Below are positions 22,399-24,000 of a stretch of DNA of 24,000 bases, piece by piece. The notes beneath the pieces are model-generated. The model was not told the DNA's origin. It made no database searches and saw only the letters and a list, made by a program, of their open reading frames with translations. Made by a program: the position numbers and the translations under genes. Positions within the stretch are counted from its first letter, which is position 1. Each line of letters begins with the position of its first letter. This stretch comes from Sediminicola sp. (GTDB lineage: Bacteria > Bacteroidota > Bacteroidia > Flavobacteriales > Flavobacteriaceae): contig JBLWZN010000013.1 of NCBI GenBank assembly GCA_048266425.1, positions 9,362-33,361 of the forward strand, read 5' to 3'.

Positions 22399-23513
22399 TT
22401 TACCCCGTCTTTATCAATAATTCCCAATCGTTCCGCTCGGGATTGCCAATTGCGCCTAGCCAACAGTTGAAGATTTTCAGTGGCATCGCTTTCGTCAACA
22501 ATTTCGAGTCCCAATAGCGTTTCGATCACGTCTTCCATGGTAACCAGTCCGCTTATGGTCCCATATTCGTCCACCACCATGGCGATATGATTTTTTTGGG
22601 CCAATAGAAGTTCAAATAGCTCTGGGATAGCCATGGTCCGGTCCACAAAAAGAATTGGTCTTTTGATCGAGGATAGGGTTGTACCCCCATTTTCTTGAAT
22701 GATACTTTCCAAGATCTCGTCCTTAAGTACAAAACCTGTAACATCGTCTTCCTTATCCTTAAACACAGGGATCCTGGAGAATCGCATTCTAGGATTGGAT
22801 TCGGAAAATTCCTTTAGGGTCAATTTCTCCGAAGCGATCTTCATTACCGTTCGGGGCGTCATGATATTTTGAACCTGGACTTGATCAAACTTTATTAGGT
22901 TTTGGATTATCGTGGATTCCGATTCCTGAAAAACCCCCTCTTCCAGGGCGATATCCGTCATGGTTGTAAAGTCCTCCCGGCTCATAATATTTACATCCCC
23001 AGCTTTCTTTCCGATAAGCTTTGTAAAAACTTGCAATAGCCATAGAATTCCAGTCCACTTTAAGGCCCATATCATGACATTGAGGGTCCTGGTTGTAAAT
23101 CGGGCCAGTTTTTTCCAGTAAATGGCACCTAAGGTCTTTGGAATTATTTCCGATGCAATCAGAATCAACAGGGTCATCAGGGCAGATACGACTCCCACCA
23201 TCATGTCTTCGGAAAAATGAAAACCAAAAATCTTTCTTTGGGCACTTCCGTATAGTTCCAGATAGGCGACCTTGGCTTGGACTCCCACCAAAATTGCGCC
23301 TACCGTATGTGCTACGGTATTAAGGGTTAGGATGGCGATCAGCGGTCGGTCCACATCCTTCTTTAGCATTTCCAGTTTCACGGCATATGCCCTTCCCTCC
23401 TGTTTCTTAAGGCTGACGAAGGTAGGTGTGACACTAAGCAAAACAGCCTCCAAAATGGAGCATAAAAAGGAAAAAAAGATAGAAACAAAAGCGTAAAAAA
23501 GCAGTAGGCCCAT
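22395..23513 (-). CDS. CNNM/DUF21 transmembrane domain plus CBS-pair protein (hemolysin-C/CorC-related family, without an obvious CorC_HlyC C-terminal domain)
   Basis: 372 aa. It has an N-terminal 4-helix DUF21-like region (FLCSILEAVLLSV ... NTVAHTVGAILVG), then a CBS pair (VQNIMTPRTVM ... FSRIPVF ... IAMVVDEYGTISGLVTMEDVIE). Confidence 0.88.
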   Translation of the reverse strand: MGLLLFYAFVSIFFSFLCSILEAVLLSVTPTFVSLKKQEGRAYAVKLEMLKKDVDRPLIAILTLNTVAHTVGAILVGVQAKVAYLELYGSAQRKIFGFHFSEDMMVGVVSALMTLLILIASEIIPKTLGAIYWKKLARFTTRTLNVMIWALKWTGILWLLQVFTKLIGKKAGDVNIMSREDFTTMTDIALEEGVFQESESTIIQNLIKFDQVQVQNIMTPRTVMKIASEKLTLKEFSESNPRMRFSRIPVFKDKEDDVTGFVLKDEILESIIQENGGTTLSSIKRPILFVDRTMAIPELFELLLAQKNHIAMVVDEYGTISGLVTMEDVIETLLGLEIVDESDATENLQLLARRNWQSRAERLGIIDKDGVK

Positions 23514-23570
23514 AAAAAGGTAAAACGAGTTCTTTAAAAACTAAGATAACAATATTAATGGACTTTGGCC

Positions 23571-24000
23571 TTATTGGGATATTTGGGCCTTATAAAAGAC
23601 CTCTTGCAATCGGGGCCTAATATTTAACTTGTAAATATTACTATTCGCCCGGGTTGGATACACCCTGTTGGATAGAAATATAAATACCAATTGGTTTTTA
23701 GGGTCCGCCCAAACAAAGGTACCGGTAAAACCACTGTGTCCAAAGCTTTCGGGACTCACCTCGGGTGCGGGATACGCCTCGGAGAGCGGTAATTCGGCGT
23801 TGTTCAACAAGGGTTTGTCAAATCCCAAGCCACGGCGGTTGTCGTTTTCAGGATATTGCACTTTGGTAAACTCCTTTACGGTAGTATCATAAAAATAGCG
23901 TTTGCCCCCATAGATTCCGTTTTGCATATACATTTGCATCATTTTGGCAAGGTCATTGGCGGTAGCAAAAAGTCCCGCATTCCCAGAAATCCCCCCCAAC
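23571..24000 (-). CDS. Serine hydrolase, beta-lactamase-fold family (C-terminal part only; 5' end lies beyond the window)
   Basis: The ORF is open to the window edge. The track's M at 23999 is a translated TTG and probably not the start. The C-terminal family pattern is GNAGLFATANDLAKMMQMYMQNG ... FGHSGFTGTFVWADPKNQLVFIFLSNRVYP. It is a paralogue-like relative of 6096..7382. Confidence 0.8.
   Translation of the reverse strand, partial: LGGISGNAGLFATANDLAKMMQMYMQNGIYGGKRYFYDTTVKEFTKVQYPENDNRRGLGFDKPLLNNAELPLSEAYPAPEVSPESFGHSGFTGTFVWADPKNQLVFIFLSNRVYPTRANSNIYKLNIRPRLQEVFYKAQISQ

Noticed and set aside
1-24000. Whole-window scan for defence systems, toxin-antitoxin pairs, prophage or integrase genes, secretion-system genes, tRNA/rRNA, and large duplicated segments
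   Set aside because: None was found by reading the six-frame translations and the intergenic DNA. The only mobile-element-related gene is the single RAYT-like ORF, which lacks IS termini and appears embedded among housekeeping genes.

Overview
This window looks like an ordinary chromosomal, mostly housekeeping segment of a Bacteroidota genome. A Flavobacteriia-like origin is my inference from the protein families, the lipoprotein signal peptides, a perfect TAnnTTTG -7 box and the lack of Shine-Dalgarno sites. I support 25 protein-coding genes, 23 on the minus strand. I saw no rRNA, tRNA, CRISPR array, integrase, phage, toxin-antitoxin or recognisable defence genes.

The main block is a loosely spaced biotin cluster on the minus strand, in the order bioF, DUF2007/zinc-ribbon gene, bioD, bioA, KAS I/II-like condensing enzyme, bioB. 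The other genes are:
- a partial extended-SDR gene
- a membrane-anchored M28 peptidase
- a CBS-pair protein
- a tight VOC / hexapeptide-repeat / pentapeptide-repeat / zinc-ribbon cluster
- two serine-hydrolase (beta-lactamase-fold) genes
- two small lipoproteins
- an esterase
- a REP-associated tyrosine transposase-like (RAYT, HUH/Y1) gene
- a JmjC/cupin gene
- hemH overlapping a MATE transporter gene
- a DUF1460 protein
- ogt overlapping a CNNM/DUF21-CBS gene

I cannot point to a clear new multi-gene system. The observations most worth a second look are:
1. The FabB/F-like condensing enzyme sits inside the biotin cluster, and no known pimelate-supply gene is in the window.
2. The RAYT-like gene has a linker packed with a hexanucleotide microsatellite, a perfect 20-bp palindrome and a 15-bp tandem duplication.
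3. GC-rich CCTCCCC/GGGGAGG-type hairpins occur in spacers and, apparently in frame, inside coding regions.
4. The pentapeptide-repeat periodicity continues upstream of any canonical start codon, and that gene is in frame with the stop of the preceding gene.
5. Short motifs recur upstream of several bio genes.

All homology calls come from reading the translated sequences, not from database searches.
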